The notes beneath the pieces were generated by a model that was given only the letters and a program-made list of their open reading frames with translations, was not told the origin of the DNA and did no database searches. A DNA stretch of 64,000 bases from Phaeosaccion multiseriatum (lineage: Eukaryota > Protista > Ochrophyta, other classes): positions 2,232,001-2,296,000 of the forward strand of contig OZ218952.1 of the NCBI GenBank assembly GCA_965112735.1, given 5' to 3'. This document shows positions 1 to 16,062 of this stretch, in pieces. A program made the translations under genes and the position numbers. Each line of letters begins with the position of its first letter. Position 1 is the first letter of the stretch.

Positions 1-299
1 AGCTGTTTATGAAGCAGAAACACAGCTCCGCGGACTCCGTGTTCCGCTTTCTCCTCACCTCGCACGAGCTGCACCCCTATTACCTCTACCTCAAGCAGCA
101 GGAGGCCGCCAGGATGTATGAGGTGGGGGAGGAGCAGCAGCAGCAGCAGCAGCAGGGGCAGCCCGCTGGGGCAGGAGGGGGGGATGGCTCTCCTTCTCCT
201 CCTTCCTCTGCTCCACCACCCCCGCCTCCTTTGTCGAACCCCAACACCGTAGACTTGAGTGTAGTCATGGGGCTCATGGGCGTCAACAAAACTACTTGA
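1..299 (+). CDS. 3' end of a SURP/SWAP-domain-like protein (splicing-factor type), partial
   Basis: Translation SADSVFRFLLTSHELHPYYLYLKQ fits the SURP motif F-x-FL...H..HPYY..LK, followed by a Q/P-rich tail and TGA at 297-299. The 5' part lies outside the window. Confidence 0.55.
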   Translation, partial: LFMKQKHSSADSVFRFLLTSHELHPYYLYLKQQEAARMYEVGEEQQQQQQQGQPAGAGGGDGSPSPPSSAPPPPPPLSNPNTVDLSVVMGLMGVNKTT

Positions 300-1175
300 T
301 TCGAAAGAACAGACTCTACTCTGTTCTTTCTCCAAGTACCCTTGGTGCCAAAGTCTCCACTTGCTGATGTATCTACTACCACTTACTGATTTATGCAGAA
401 GAATACATGTACATACAATGTATGTACCACACTTCAACATTCATCGTATGTATATATGTATATGTGTGTGTATGTGTGTGTGTGCAGTGAGTGCGGTGCT
501 CTCATTGATCGCGATTAATATTGGGTCGAAGGGCACAACTTCGCAGACACTAGCGGCCTGTGTTTCTTGCGCATCAAGGGTACGGCATTGTGAAGAAACA
601 AGACGGCCTCTCTCTGCGGTAGTCCTGGAAATGACCCTGGCCCAGTCACTTCCTCTTTTCACCAGCTCTGAGCAGCAAGGGCGAAGAACACGTGGCTGAT
701 GGTGTTCTTTCGCTGACGTACTTGCTTCCTTGCGGCTTCACAAAGCAGGTTGATGCACACTTCGGCGTGGCCCTTGGGCCAAGTCAACAAGATGATGAAA
801 ACAAGCCCTTCCCAAGCTCGTAGTAAGAAGAAGAGACCGAACTAAAAGGAGGGGGGAGTTGGCTGGGCAATCCGATTCTCAGACGGGAGAAGAAGCAAGA
901 GTAGTCCGCCGCTCCACCCACTACGTACCCAGTGAAGCAACAAACGAAGATGTGTAGGACCAGGCAGCCGGTCCAAGTATCCAACGCGCTGCTGGGCTGA
1001 AGTGGACACTCCCTCATAGGGCTTGGTTGGTTGTCGAGCCGCCATGTGTGTGACAGGGCCTCCATCTATTCAGAGAGCTCAAGCGCCGCCGCCGTCTGTC
1101 GCCCCATGTCTCGGCCTGTCTCTTCATCTCCACCTCTCTCTCCCTCCACACTCTCTCTCTCCGCACATGGCGAGA

Positions 1176-1355
1176 GGTCTCACAACTGGTTGTGGTCTCA
1201 CAACTGGTTGTGGTCTCACAGCTGGTTGTGGTCTCACAGCTGGTTGTGGTCTCACAGCTGGTTGTGGTCTCACAGCTGGTTGTGGTCTCACAGCTGGTTG
1301 TGGTCTCACAACTGGTTGTGGTCTCACGACTGGTTGTGGTCTCACAACTGGTTGT
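1176..1355. repeat. 18-bp minisatellite, 10 copies of GGTCTCAC(AA/AG/GA)CTGGTTGT
   Basis: Head-to-tail tandem array with three unit variants and no spacers. Confidence 0.95.
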
Positions 1356-2141
1356 GGGGCTGACAGTGTGGGGGTCGGCTCCTCCCCTCATCAGCTCTGA
1401 ACAGGGGCCTTGGCCCTTCTGACGGTTGGGGGGAGGGGGGAGAGGGATGAGGAGGGGGGAAGGGGTGTGTGGTGTGTGTGTGGTACTCGGCACGTATTGC
1501 ATGCCTGAGCTCCTTTCCCCGTGGCACTGGTGCCGACCACCCTGGAGGCACAGCAGCCTGGCTGCGACAGACCGACAGACCGACCGACAGACCGATCGAC
1601 AGACCGATCGAGAGAGAGCCAAGTGCCGGACTCGTTTGCTCGTGGCTGGACTCCTCCCCCCTCCCCTCCTGCCTCCGACAATCGCGAATCAGGTAAGCGG
1701 CGAACAGCCACCCATCCATCAACCCCTCATCCATCCATCGATCCTTCTGTAGGACAGGCCAGTGCAGGCGAGCATCCATGGACTCAAAAGATCTGCGAGG
1801 AACGCCGCCGCTGACTCATGGACGCTTGCATCGCAAGGCTGGGGGGTGCGGCATACCAGCACGCACACGCACGCACACACGCGCAAACACGGTAGACACC
1901 GAAGAGAGGAGCAGGGAACGGAGGAGCGTAAGGAAGAGAAAGAGGAGCCCGACCAGCAGTAGTACTAGCAATGGCAGCAGCAGTGGCAGCAGCAGGAGGG
2001 GGGGGCTAGTGTAGGTGGGTAAGAGTGCAGTTAGAGATGGAGGGACAATGGCCCCCCTCCCCCTTCGCAACCGCCCGTTGACGGGCAGCAAGACAAAGAT
2101 GGCAACGCACGCACACAGGCAGAGTAGAGGTATGGTAAGAC

Positions 2142-5073
2142 TTAACGTACGACGTACCTTCCTGCCATACCCCCACTCAAGTCAAGCCCCCCTCCTCCTC
2201 CTCCTGCTCCTGCTCCTGCTCCTCCTTCTCCCGAGCCCCCCAGCGAAGCCCCTAGCGAGCTCCTCCTCCGTAGCACCACCATACCCATTCCGTTGCGCGT
2301 GACTTGATCACTCTCCACAAACTCTGACCCCCCTCCCCCTCCCCCGCTACCACCGCCCCCCGCAGCGCCGCTAGAGCTGGATCTGCGATGCCTCCTCCCA
2401 TTGCTGGCGTTGTAGGACGCTGCGGGTCCGGCAGAGGCAGAGGGAATAGCAGGGCCCACACTCCTCGCTTGACCGTTACTCGCGTGACCGTTAGTCGAGG
2501 TGGCCATAGCCATGGCTGCAGCGAAGGCCGTGCCCCCTGCAGCTCCGGCTCCCCCTCCCCCACCACCGCCCGCCCCCGCCGCTGGGCCTTGTGGTCGCCC
2601 CAGGGTGGCAGGGTCAAGGCTGGTGTTTGTTGCTGTAATAGGGTACCCAGAAAGAGAAAATGACAAAGCGCAGAGGGAGATTCAGTACACCTCGATCGAT
2701 CCATCGCACCTCCGACACGAGAAGAGGAAGATTTCGATGAAATTCTCAACATGACACGCAAGGCCTCCGTTCGCACCCCCCCCCCTCTCCCTCTCCCTTC
2801 CCCCACTCCCCCAGTCCAGCGCGGCGAACGACCAATGACTACAGCTAAACAAGCAAGTCTCACAGATGACAAACGCGCATGGCAAGTCCCTCTTCCTTCC
2901 TTCCTCCTCCCATGCCCTCACCCGCGAGTGGTCGGGGCATCAGTGCTGCTCCTTGCGGAGATTTATCCGAGGAGGATCCCCCCTTTACGGACCCACTCCG
3001 CCGCCGGCCGGACCCCACACCCATGCCACCATTGCCCCCGCCCCCGAGGGTGTGTGAGCCGAGACCCCCCCCAGGGTACCCGCCCCCCGGGTACCCCCCG
3101 CCCCCCCCCGGGTCGGTGAGGAGGTACTCCTTGAGGGTGACGATTTCGTCCTTGAGAGCGTTGTTTTCGTGCTTGAGGTCTACGTACTTGGCGAAGCGTG
3201 TCTTGCCCAGGCTTTGGGTGCGGAGGGCCTCCACTTCGCGAGTTAGCTGAGGTGTGTGTGTGTTTGTTTGTGTTTTGTTTGTTGGTTTGTTTGTTTGTTT
3301 GTTTGTTTTGGAGGTGGTGGTGGGAGGAGGGGGTAGGTGGCGTTTTGGTGGTGTGGTTGGGGTAGGTGAAGCGAGTGTGGTTGGGGGGGGCTTGAGGCCA
3401 ACGGGTGGGTGGCAAGAAGAGCGGAGGGAACACGCACACAAGTCTCAGCTGCAACACGTCATGCACACCAACCAACAAGGCCAGGTGTCACCACTGCCAC
3501 CTCTCTCCCCCCTCCTCTGTAATGGCAAACAAAGAACAGGAATAAGAAAACGAAAAAGTGAAAGTCCCTTCACTTCTTTGCTTCTCTTCGTCACGGCACA
3601 TCACACCACACCATCCCATCCATACCTGTGCCACTTCCTCCATGAGCTCTGCGATCTCGTGATGGGCCTCCTGCCTCGTCTTGTCATGCGCCTCCCTCTC
3701 CAGCTCTAGCTGCCCCTGCACCTCCTCCAACGCGGCCTCCATCCTCTCCTTATCCTGCTTCCTTTTGCCCGCCTCCTTGTCGGCCCCACGGACCTTCTCC
3801 TCCATCTCCAATCGCTGCACTTCACACTTGGCCTGCAGGGCCTTGTGTCGCGCTTCGAGGGCCGCCAGCTCGGCTTCGATGCTCTCTCGAGTGCGCGTGA
3901 CGGAGTCGAGGCGGTCGCTGAGCTCTTTGATTTCGCCGTCGGTCCTTTGCTTCACCGCGGCCTCTAGCTCACCGCTCCACGTCTTGTTGACGATGGGGTG
4001 GGGTGTGGGAGGAGGAGGAGGAGAGGAGGAGGAGGAGGAGGAGGAGGGGGGGGGGAGTGACGACTGTGCTTGACCGAGGAACGAATCGCCAGTAAGTGGC
4101 TCGGCTCCGTCCGGAGACCCGAACATGCTGAGAGGGCTGCTTCCGCCTTTGGGTCTGCCTTCCGCGTTCTTTGCCCCGCCCTCTCTCTCCCTCCTCGTCC
4201 TCGCCGCCGTCCGCCATAGCCTCTCCCCCACTAACCTCCCGCCCCATCCCCCCACCCCTACCCTGCCCCTGCCCTCCTCACCTTCTTGTCCTCCTCCAGA
4301 GCTGCCACCTTCTCCTGCAGCTCTTGACATCTCTTGTCCCGCAGCTCCGCCTCCCTGGTCAGTCTGTCCACCTCCCTCTCCCCCTGTTCAAACTTGGCCG
4401 TCAGCGCCTCGAATGCATCCCTGACCTTGACCGCCTGCCCCGCCAACGCGGACGCCTCCTTGCGCATCTCCTTCTCCTTGGCCTCTAAGTGCATCCTGTC
4501 CTGGTCGACGGCCTGCAGCTCCATACGGGCGGCGTGGAGTGCCTTCTGGTGCTTCTCAAGGGCCGCCTCCAGCGCCGCTTGGCTCACATCTTTATCTCCC
4601 TCGAGCCGCAGCGCCCGGCCCTCTTGAGCTTGACACCGCTCCCGTAGCTGCCGCAATCAATCAGAGGGAAGGCGGGAGGTAGGAGGCGGAAGGCAGGGAG
4701 GGGGGGTCAATGAGTCGTTCGGGGGTGGCCAAGCCGGAAAAAGGGCTGTTGTTCATAACCCTTCCCTCTTTTTGTGCTGCTTCCTCTTGTTTCTGGCTCA
4801 TAACCCTTCCCTCTCTTTGTGTTGCTTCCTCTTGTTTCTGCTCTGCCTTACCCGATCAATCGTCTCCGTGGCGACAGCCAGCGCGTCTCGTGGGCCCTTT
4901 AGCGCCTCCTCCACGGCGGTGGCAACAGCGTTCTGCCCATTGAGTTTTTCTCTCTCAACAGCTGCCGCCAGCTCCTGCCCCAGGGTGGCCTTCTCTTGCT
5001 GGAGAGTGTGAAGCACCTCCAGCGTCCGCACATGCTTGGCGAGCAGCGCAGATGCGGCCTTGGCCTCCGCCAT
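2142..5073 (-). CDS. Multi-exon coiled-coil protein with Gly/Ala-rich C-terminus, function unknown
   Basis: ATG at 5073 (MAEAKAAS). Successive E/K/Q/L heptad-rich segments (LRERCQAQ..EEDKK; IKELSDRLDSV..EEVAQ; LTREVEALRTQSLGKTRFAKYVDLKHENNALKDEI) are separated by GT..AG introns. The 3' exon structure is approximate. Confidence 0.65.
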
Positions 5074-5473
5074 CGCACCCGATCAGATCAACTTGCTCCT
5101 CCTCAACCGACTACTGTCACTTGCTGCACATCCCTTCCCACATAATTTACCTCTCTTTCTCTTCCACTTCCAAAATCCACCTGGCGGTTACGCTTTTTCT
5201 GAATTTTGCATTTTGGACTGGTACGGGGGGGGGGAGGTGAGGAAGCAGGGACTCGCTCATGTAGAGTGGTGGACAGAGTGTAGTGGCCGAGAAAGATAAT
5301 TCGTGGTCTTAGAGTGTGTTTAATGGAGGCAGAGAAGTTACATTTCGTGCAATCCTCCTCCCTTGTACACTGGGACTCTGGGCTTGGGCACTGAAGGGCG
5401 GAGAGTTCGCTTCGAGAAGCCTCGCGTCCCTGCGAAGGGGGGAGCTGTCACTGCTGCAGGGCGAGAAGCGACC

Positions 5474-9074
<3,601 letters not shown>

Positions 9075-9583
9075 GTGCCCGGCCTATTGAAGTCCTCCTC
9101 CTCAGTGCTTTCCAGCTGCAAATTTCTTATAAATTTCTTATAAAAATGAAAATGAACGTGTGCTCTCAAAGTTGATTTTGAGAGATCAGGGGAGAGAGGG
9201 GGAGGGAGGGGAGGTTAAGGACATTGTGTCGGTGTTGGCTTGGCCAGAATTGAGGATTCTTGAGTAGACAGGGACTTTTGGGGCTTTACTTTCAGTTTCC
9301 GTTTCCGTTAAAAAGCCCCTGCTCTTGGACGCCCGGCGCCTGGCCCGGCCAAGGTCGATTGCTCGCACTGGCCGCCCGCGTTTGCTTTAAGAAGCACAAT
9401 TTTCAATCTCAAAGGAGTTGAGAACTGAGTTGAAGTGGAGAGAAGTCAGGGCTTGGAAACATGTACCCACGGGATTTTCGCGTAAAAATTTCAGATCTGA
9501 CGGTCAAAAATCCTTCACCTTCGCCCTTCAGCTCAAGAGGAGTTTAGATATTAGGAGAAAGGAGAAAGGAGCCCCGAGAGAAG

Positions 9584-11545
9584 ATGGGGAAAATTAAAAA
9601 GCTGTGCTCGTCGGAGGGCTGCACCAACCAGGCCATCAAGGCGGGGATTTGCGTGAAGCACGGGGCTGTGGTCAAGGCCAAGCGCTGCAAGATGGAGGGC
9701 TGCACCAACGGCGCTGTGTTGGGGGGAGTCTGTGTGAGGCATGGGGCCAAGACCAAGCGATGCGTGATGGATGGCTGCGAGAAGCAGGCTCAGAAGGGGG
9801 GGTTGTGTATCCGTCATGGAGCGAAGGTCAAGCGCTGCAACGCGCCAGAGGGCTGCAATCGCTTCCCTGTCCAGAACGGCCGTTGCGTGACGCACGGAGC
9901 GGTGGTGAAGCGCTGTAAGCACGAGGGCTGCACCAACCAGGTACAGACTGGGGGTGTGTGCATTCGACACGGTGCGCTCGTGAACTTCCGTCGCTGCGGA
10001 GAGGAGGGGTGCGCCAAGTTCGCAGTGAAACAGGGCAAGTGTGTTAGGCACGGGGCGGTGGTCCCGCGCTGCAGCCATGAGGGCTGTGAGAACCAGGTGC
10101 AAAAGGGGGGAGTCTGCTTCCAGCACGGAGCGGTGAGGGCGAAGAAGAAGGACAAGGGGGCGCCGAAGCTCAAGTCGACGGTGGCTGCGGCTGCTGCGGC
10201 GGCAGCGTCTGCGGCCGTGGCGGCCGCCAACTCCGCTCCTGTTCCTTCTGGCGGCTCTCCCGCCGCTGCGGGTGTTGCGGGCGCCCTCAGCGTGGGGGTT
10301 GGGGAGAACGGCACCAAGGCTCCTGCAGTTGCGCCTTCTATGGCGGGTGGTGCTTCTGCTGTGCCTGGGGCTGCGGGTGCTGGGCTTGCGCACCCCAACC
10401 GCGCTCGAGTGGTTGCCACTGCTGCGGCCAGTGCAGCCGCAGCTGCGGCAGCGGCGGCTGCTGTTGCCGCTACGGCCGCCTCCACCCCTGGAGTGTCCAC
10501 CCCCATGCTGACGCCTTCCTTCCGGGCGCGGCCCAATGCCTTGGCCCCAACGCAGGGGGGCAAGGCGATGAAGACTTCGGCCCTTCAGTCTGCCTCCAGT
10601 GCCGCTTCGGCTGCTGCTGCAGCTGCTTCGTCTGCTGCCTCTTTCGTTGCTGCGGGTGGCGAGAAGCGGGCCAAGGGCGAGGGAGGAGGAGGCACCATCA
10701 CTACTGCTGCTGGGGCTACCACGGCGGCTCCTCTAGCACCCACTCCAGCACCCACCGCTACGGACGCCAAGGGGGTGCGCCTTCTGGCAGGGCTTTCAAC
10801 TGGAGCCGGTGGTGTGCCTATGGGACAATCACCACCAGCATTTGTTCCACAAGCAGCGGCAGCTGCAGGAGCACCAACAGCAGCAGCAGCAGCAGCAGCG
10901 GCAGCGGCAGCGGCAGCATCAACAGCAGCAGTGTCAGCTGTAGCAGCATCAGCACCACCATTGTCAGCAGCTGTAGCAATGTCAGCACCACCGCAACCAG
11001 CACCAGCGGCGGTAGTAGTGTCCGCACCACCACCACCATTGGCAGCAGCCCCTGGGAATTTTTCGACAAGCATCATTGATGCAGCTGGACAGCCACCACC
11101 CGCAGCGGCAGCATCGGCGGCAGCTCCAACAGCAGCGCCATTGTCAGCAGCAATGCCAGCAGCAGTACCAATGTCAGTTGCACCATTGTCAGCAGTAGGG
11201 CTTGGCGTGTCCTCGATGGCTCTGCCTCTGTCTCTGCCTGGTGCTGGTGCCTACTCCAGCGGCGCCGCTTTCAGGGCGGCGCCTCATGCTGGTGCGCCCG
11301 CCGCTGGGCCCGCTGCCCATGGACATGATGCCCATGGACATGATGCCCATGGACATGATGCCCATGCACATGCTACCCATGCACCTGCTGCCCCTGTTGC
11401 TGCTCCTGTTGCTCCTCCTGTTGCTGCAGCACCAGCTCCTGCAGCACCTGCTGCGGCTGCCCCTGCGCCTCCTGTTTTTTCTGCTGCTCCTTCTGCACCT
11501 GCTGCGCCTGCTTCTGCTCCGTTTCAGCCAGCAGCGACGAAATGA
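9584..11545 (+). CDS. WRKY19-like zinc-finger repeat protein with long Ala/Pro-rich tail, intronless
   Basis: 653-aa ORF with 7 tandem C-x4/5-C-x9-C-x2-HGA repeats (e.g. CSSEGCTNQAIKAGICVKHGA). No WRKY domain is present. Confidence 0.85.
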   Translation: MGKIKKLCSSEGCTNQAIKAGICVKHGAVVKAKRCKMEGCTNGAVLGGVCVRHGAKTKRCVMDGCEKQAQKGGLCIRHGAKVKRCNAPEGCNRFPVQNGRCVTHGAVVKRCKHEGCTNQVQTGGVCIRHGALVNFRRCGEEGCAKFAVKQGKCVRHGAVVPRCSHEGCENQVQKGGVCFQHGAVRAKKKDKGAPKLKSTVAAAAAAAASAAVAAANSAPVPSGGSPAAAGVAGALSVGVGENGTKAPAVAPSMAGGASAVPGAAGAGLAHPNRARVVATAAASAAAAAAAAAAVAATAASTPGVSTPMLTPSFRARPNALAPTQGGKAMKTSALQSASSAASAAAAAASSAASFVAAGGEKRAKGEGGGGTITTAAGATTAAPLAPTPAPTATDAKGVRLLAGLSTGAGGVPMGQSPPAFVPQAAAAAGAPTAAAAAAAAAAAAASTAAVSAVAASAPPLSAAVAMSAPPQPAPAAVVVSAPPPPLAAAPGNFSTSIIDAAGQPPPAAAASAAAPTAAPLSAAMPAAVPMSVAPLSAVGLGVSSMALPLSLPGAGAYSSGAAFRAAPHAGAPAAGPAAHGHDAHGHDAHGHDAHAHATHAPAAPVAAPVAPPVAAAPAPAAPAAAAPAPPVFSAAPSAPAAPASAPFQPAATK

Positions 11546-12522
11546 GGGGCGCATCAAGGACGAGACAAGCACGGCAGAGGAGAAAGGGCAGAGCCAAGGC
11601 CACATGCGGGGAGGGAGTAGGCCACGCACGGCCTTCCTCGCAGCCGAGGGGTTAGTTAGCGATCTCAATTTCACAGGCACGGTTGCCCATCAGCAGCGGC
11701 AATCATCACGGCAAGGCAGCCATGCAGTGTCGACACGCCACCAGCCGTACACACTCACACGGTTCACAAGGGTTTTTGGGATATGGAGAGGGAGCTATAT
11801 ATATATCTCTCTCTCTGCCTGATGGAAAATCGAGGCGATGTAGGGCGGACGGGGAGGGAGCAGGTCATGCGGTGCGCGGTGAGGAGAGGAGAGGAGGCGA
11901 GGAGAGAAGAGGAGAGGGCCCAACGGAGAAAGGAGAAAGGGAGAGGGGTGGGCAGGGGGAAGGGGGCGGGAGGACGAGTATAACAACCACAACCACGGAG
12001 CAAAGGATACCTAATGGAGACAGAGGGAAGGGGGGATTTGCATTTCGACGGCGCAAACGGACGGACGACGAGAGAGGGGCTGCGCGTTAGCAAGGTTGCG
12101 ATGCTGGAAATGCATTGGTCTGTGAGCGAAGCATAGGTGCCCATCATGCTGTCCGCAAAGCCGGAAGGGAAGGGAAGGGCGGCGGCGAGAGGCGGTCAGA
12201 GGGCCTGGGAGGACAAGGGGGGGCGCGGGGGGGATTGGAGCATGCGTGAGGGGAGGGGAGGGGAGGGGGCAGCGGATGTGGGAGGCAAGCGCAAGCGCCA
12301 GCGTTCGGGTCCGCGATGTGTAGTGTATGTGAGGAATAATAGCCTGAGTTTAGAGGACGTAATGATGAATGAAGGTAGCTTGAGTTTAAAAGGGGAGTGC
12401 CGAGAGTTTGTGAAGAGACAGGGGAACAGGGGAACATCGATTTTGTTGGATTATGTGTTGTGGCATTCATTCTTTCATTCTTCTCCGCGCGCTCGCTCTT
12501 GGGAGCAGCAACAGCAGCACAC

Positions 12523-13688
12523 ATGCCAAAGAAAGTAAGAGCAGTCCCTAAAAAGAGGAAGACTAGCACTGCAGCATCCGACACCAACGGGAGTAACGCG
12601 GTGTGGCAGCGGGATGCCGCCGCACAGGCCGCAGCCAGTGAGGCTAAGGAGGCAGAGAAGCAGGCCATGACGGCCGCCATAAAGCATGGGGCAGACATAA
12701 TGGCCAATGAAGGCCCCTATACCCAGGAGGTGGAGGACACGCGAAGGAAAGTGAAATCTTTGGTCTCGGAGAAGAGTTACCTTGGCCTTTATACCATGCT
12801 GACGGCCAGCAAGGAGGAGGTCATCCATATAGAGGTATTGACCGAGATCGCGAGGTGCGTTCGTCATTGCCGGATCAAACTAACCCCTTTCTCTCTCTCC
12901 CTCTCCTATCTCTCCATGCCAAACTTTATCCACTCTCTTGAGTGCGTTACTCCAAACAACCCCTTCGTATCTGCTGGCATATAATAACATCATCCCTACA
13001 CCTCCCCCCTTGCCACAGCCGAAGTCAGCCACTGTCTTTCCAAATTCCTCTGTGATGAGCGCTCGCGCCTGAGTTCTCAATGTTTGCCCTCCTTGTTGCA
13101 CCAGGCTGGCTGAAAACTTCTCGGCCCACTTGAGGGTTTCGGCCTGCGATGCCATTGCAGGTGGGATGCTTTGCCTTTCTTGGGTGTGTGACTTTTGAAA
13201 GACTGAGGAGAAGGCTCCAAGGAGTTTGTGAAAGGAGGGGGGAGGTGGAGACTCAGCCTTGCTTTCGCGACACGAGAGCCTCGTTTAAGCCCCCCATGGT
13301 GCCCCTGCTGCTCCTCACTCCCAACTCCTTACCAACCGCTCCTGCTGCTACAGGCTCTTTGAAGAAGCCCGAGAATGAAAGCGAGCCTGTGTACATCGCC
13401 GGCTTCTGGGCGCTGGATGCTATGCTCAACCACTTCGAGAGCGTATCTGGCACGGGCGGGCAGACCCGAGTAGTCCTTCCCTCGAGCGTGTACGAAGTCA
13501 TCGCCCTAGGCCTGCGCAATTTCGATTGGAGCGCGTCGGTAACCTTCATGTGCTGCAAAGCATTGGCGCGAGTAGCTCGCCTTCCCGACGCCGCCACTGC
13601 TCTGGGCAAGCACGGGGTGTGCGAATGGCTCGTCGCGGGTAAGGAACTGGGAAACAATACGATTGGAGGGGCCCCTTCTCTGCTTCTC

Positions 13689-13726
<38 letters not shown>

Positions 13727-15665
13727 CCTCCCTTTCTCTCTCTATATCTCTCTTTGTCTCTCTCGATCTGTGCCCCTCCCCGTTCTGTGCTTGGTTCTCA
13801 CTCGCTCTCTCTCTTTTTATATATATATAGACTCTCTCTATGTATGTACGTCTCTTACCCTGCACCCCCTGCCTCTGTCCCATGTGCGCCCGCCTGATGT
13901 TGGAACGGAAGTACCATGACCCTACCGCCCTTCACACATGCTTGTGTTCGTCTGCCCCTCCCCCCACTGCCTCTACGCTCTACCCACTGCCCCATCTTGG
14001 CACTAACGTCCCTCTGCCGGACGCTCCGCTGCCTGTCTTGTCTTTGTGTCCCTCTGTGCCTCACCCATCCCTTTGGTCAATACACTGGCAGTGCTACAAC
14101 ATCACGTACACTCGCGGGTGATCCAAAGGAAGGGTGTGGAGGCGATGGCGGCCTTGCTAGGCGTCGTGGCAGTTAACGCGGCAGACGCTTTCAACCCCCC
14201 TCCTCCAGGCACTGACATGAACAGCCCCCCGCTCATTCGCCACATCAAGAGAGCTACTCCGCACTCCGCAAACGCTATGCGCCTCGGGGAGGCCGGGGCA
14301 GGCACCCACTTGGTGAGCTTTCTCAAGAAGGAGAGAACGGATGAGTTTTTGCAAGTGTGCGGTCTGTCCACGCTGGGCACTCTCATCAGAGCCTACCCGC
14401 TCAACATGGTGCGTATCTGCGGCAAGTCAGGAGAGGAGGAGCAGGAGCAGCTGAGCGAAGTGCTTGTGAGCGCCATCAAGAGCAGATTCAGCGCTCCCAA
14501 ATCAGCCGCCGCCGCCACGGCTGTCGCATACGCTTGCCACTCGAACGAAGAGATGACCCGAGAGATTGCCGTCAGGTTCGACCATCCCGAGCCCGGTCTC
14601 CCACCACCCGCGTTGCCAGAGGCGGCAGTCATTCTGGATGGAGGAGCAGCATATTTGGCTGCGGCGATTATCAAGCTTGCATGTCCCCGACAGGCGCACA
14701 CACGGTGGTGCAGCTTCTACCAGACCAGGGTGGATGCCAGCCCGGAGACCAGCGCCCGCTTCACAGATGCCGCACGCCGGGGGTTGGCGTGGCAGCTTGT
14801 CGAGGCTAAGATATCCGAGGCCGTGGAGTGCTACCTTAGGTCGTGCAGGCCTCCAGCCAACGAGCTTGCCACCACGCCGCTGGACCAGGTGCTGGGGTGT
14901 GTGGTGGTGCTGCTCGTGGCGCATCCCAAGCAGCTCTTCACGGAAGCGTTTGTGGACTCGAGCGTGGGGGAGCTGCTGGTGGAGAAGCTGCTGGACCTAA
15001 GTGCAGTCTGGCCAAGCAAGGAGGAGCTGGTGGTGAAGGGAGATTGGAAAGGTGGCTTGTGCAAGGTGGACTTGTTGCGGGATCATCAGGAAGCGGTTAA
15101 GACGCTGCGAGCATTGGCTCGGTTGGCGGACGCGGGGCCCATCAGTAGAGGCAAGCTTCGGTACGCCAATGTCTTTAAAGCCATGGCGCGGGTGGATGAC
15201 ATTACGCAGAAGGTCTATGACAAGCATGATGCTGACGAAGAGCAGAAGAAGGACAAGAGGAGGGAGGATGCGGACTCGGCTTTCCTGGAAGGGGTGGAGG
15301 CAATGTGTCTGGGGGCTGGATGCGGCAAGGAGCTGCTGGAGGCGGGGGTCAATGCGGCATCCAGGGTGGTCCGCATCATACAGACGCATATGGGCCACGC
15401 GGGCATTGTGGAGCGCGGCTGCTGGGCGCTGGCGACGCTGGGAGTGTCCGCAGGGGGGTTGCAGGAGAGCGACGTGGAGGGTGGACAAGGAGGGGCAGGA
15501 GGGGCAGCAGGGGGAGGAGTGGGTGGTTTTAAGATGGAGGAGCTAAGGAAGCAGATTGGAGAGGCGGCCCGAAGGAGTGGGGCCATGGCCGTTGCATCAA
15601 TTGCCATGGCATCAGCAGCGATGGCCCATACCTGGCTTGCAGGGGGTAGAGAGGTAGAGAGTTGA
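12523..15665 (+). CDS. Armadillo-like helical repeat protein
   Basis: ATG 12523 (MPKKVRAVPKKRK, NLS-like). Exons at about 12523-12854, 13354-13638 and 14091-15665. ARM-like segments HVHSRVIQRKGVEAMAAL, DEFLQVCGLSTLGTL, HMGHAGIVERGCWALATL. Confidence 0.6.
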
Positions 15666-16062
15666 CTAAGGGAGGCGCCGCCGTGCACGAGGATGACGGG
15701 GTAGTGTTCCTACCGGACTAGGACCGCCGGAGGGAAAGGAGGGAGGCCGAGGTGGATGGGGGCCGCCCCCCGGCGCCAGTAGTGGACTGAGAAGTAGAGG
15801 GACTCCAGGATAGAGTGTGAGCGCGTACCATATGCGAGGGCGAAGCGCGCATGACAGGGACGAGCAAGAATGCCGAGCGCCTCACCTGTCAGCAGTGTCA
15901 CCATGCGTATGGGAGGGTTTATTTCAGTTTTTTTTCAATGTGTTCCGCTTTAAAATTTTGTTTCTCCTACCGTGGCTTCGCCAGCCCCTTGAGGCGTGGG
16001 CGCAGTTGGTCCTCGAGCTTCTGGCGCCCCCCAAATGTGGAGTTGGCATCCGCTGCGACAGC

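Noticed and set aside
1176-1355. CRISPR-like array
   Set aside because: Units are contiguous with no unique spacers, no cas genes are present, and the context is eukaryotic.
9584-10140. True WRKY transcription factor
   Set aside because: No WRKYGQK domain; only the Cys/His repeat is shared.
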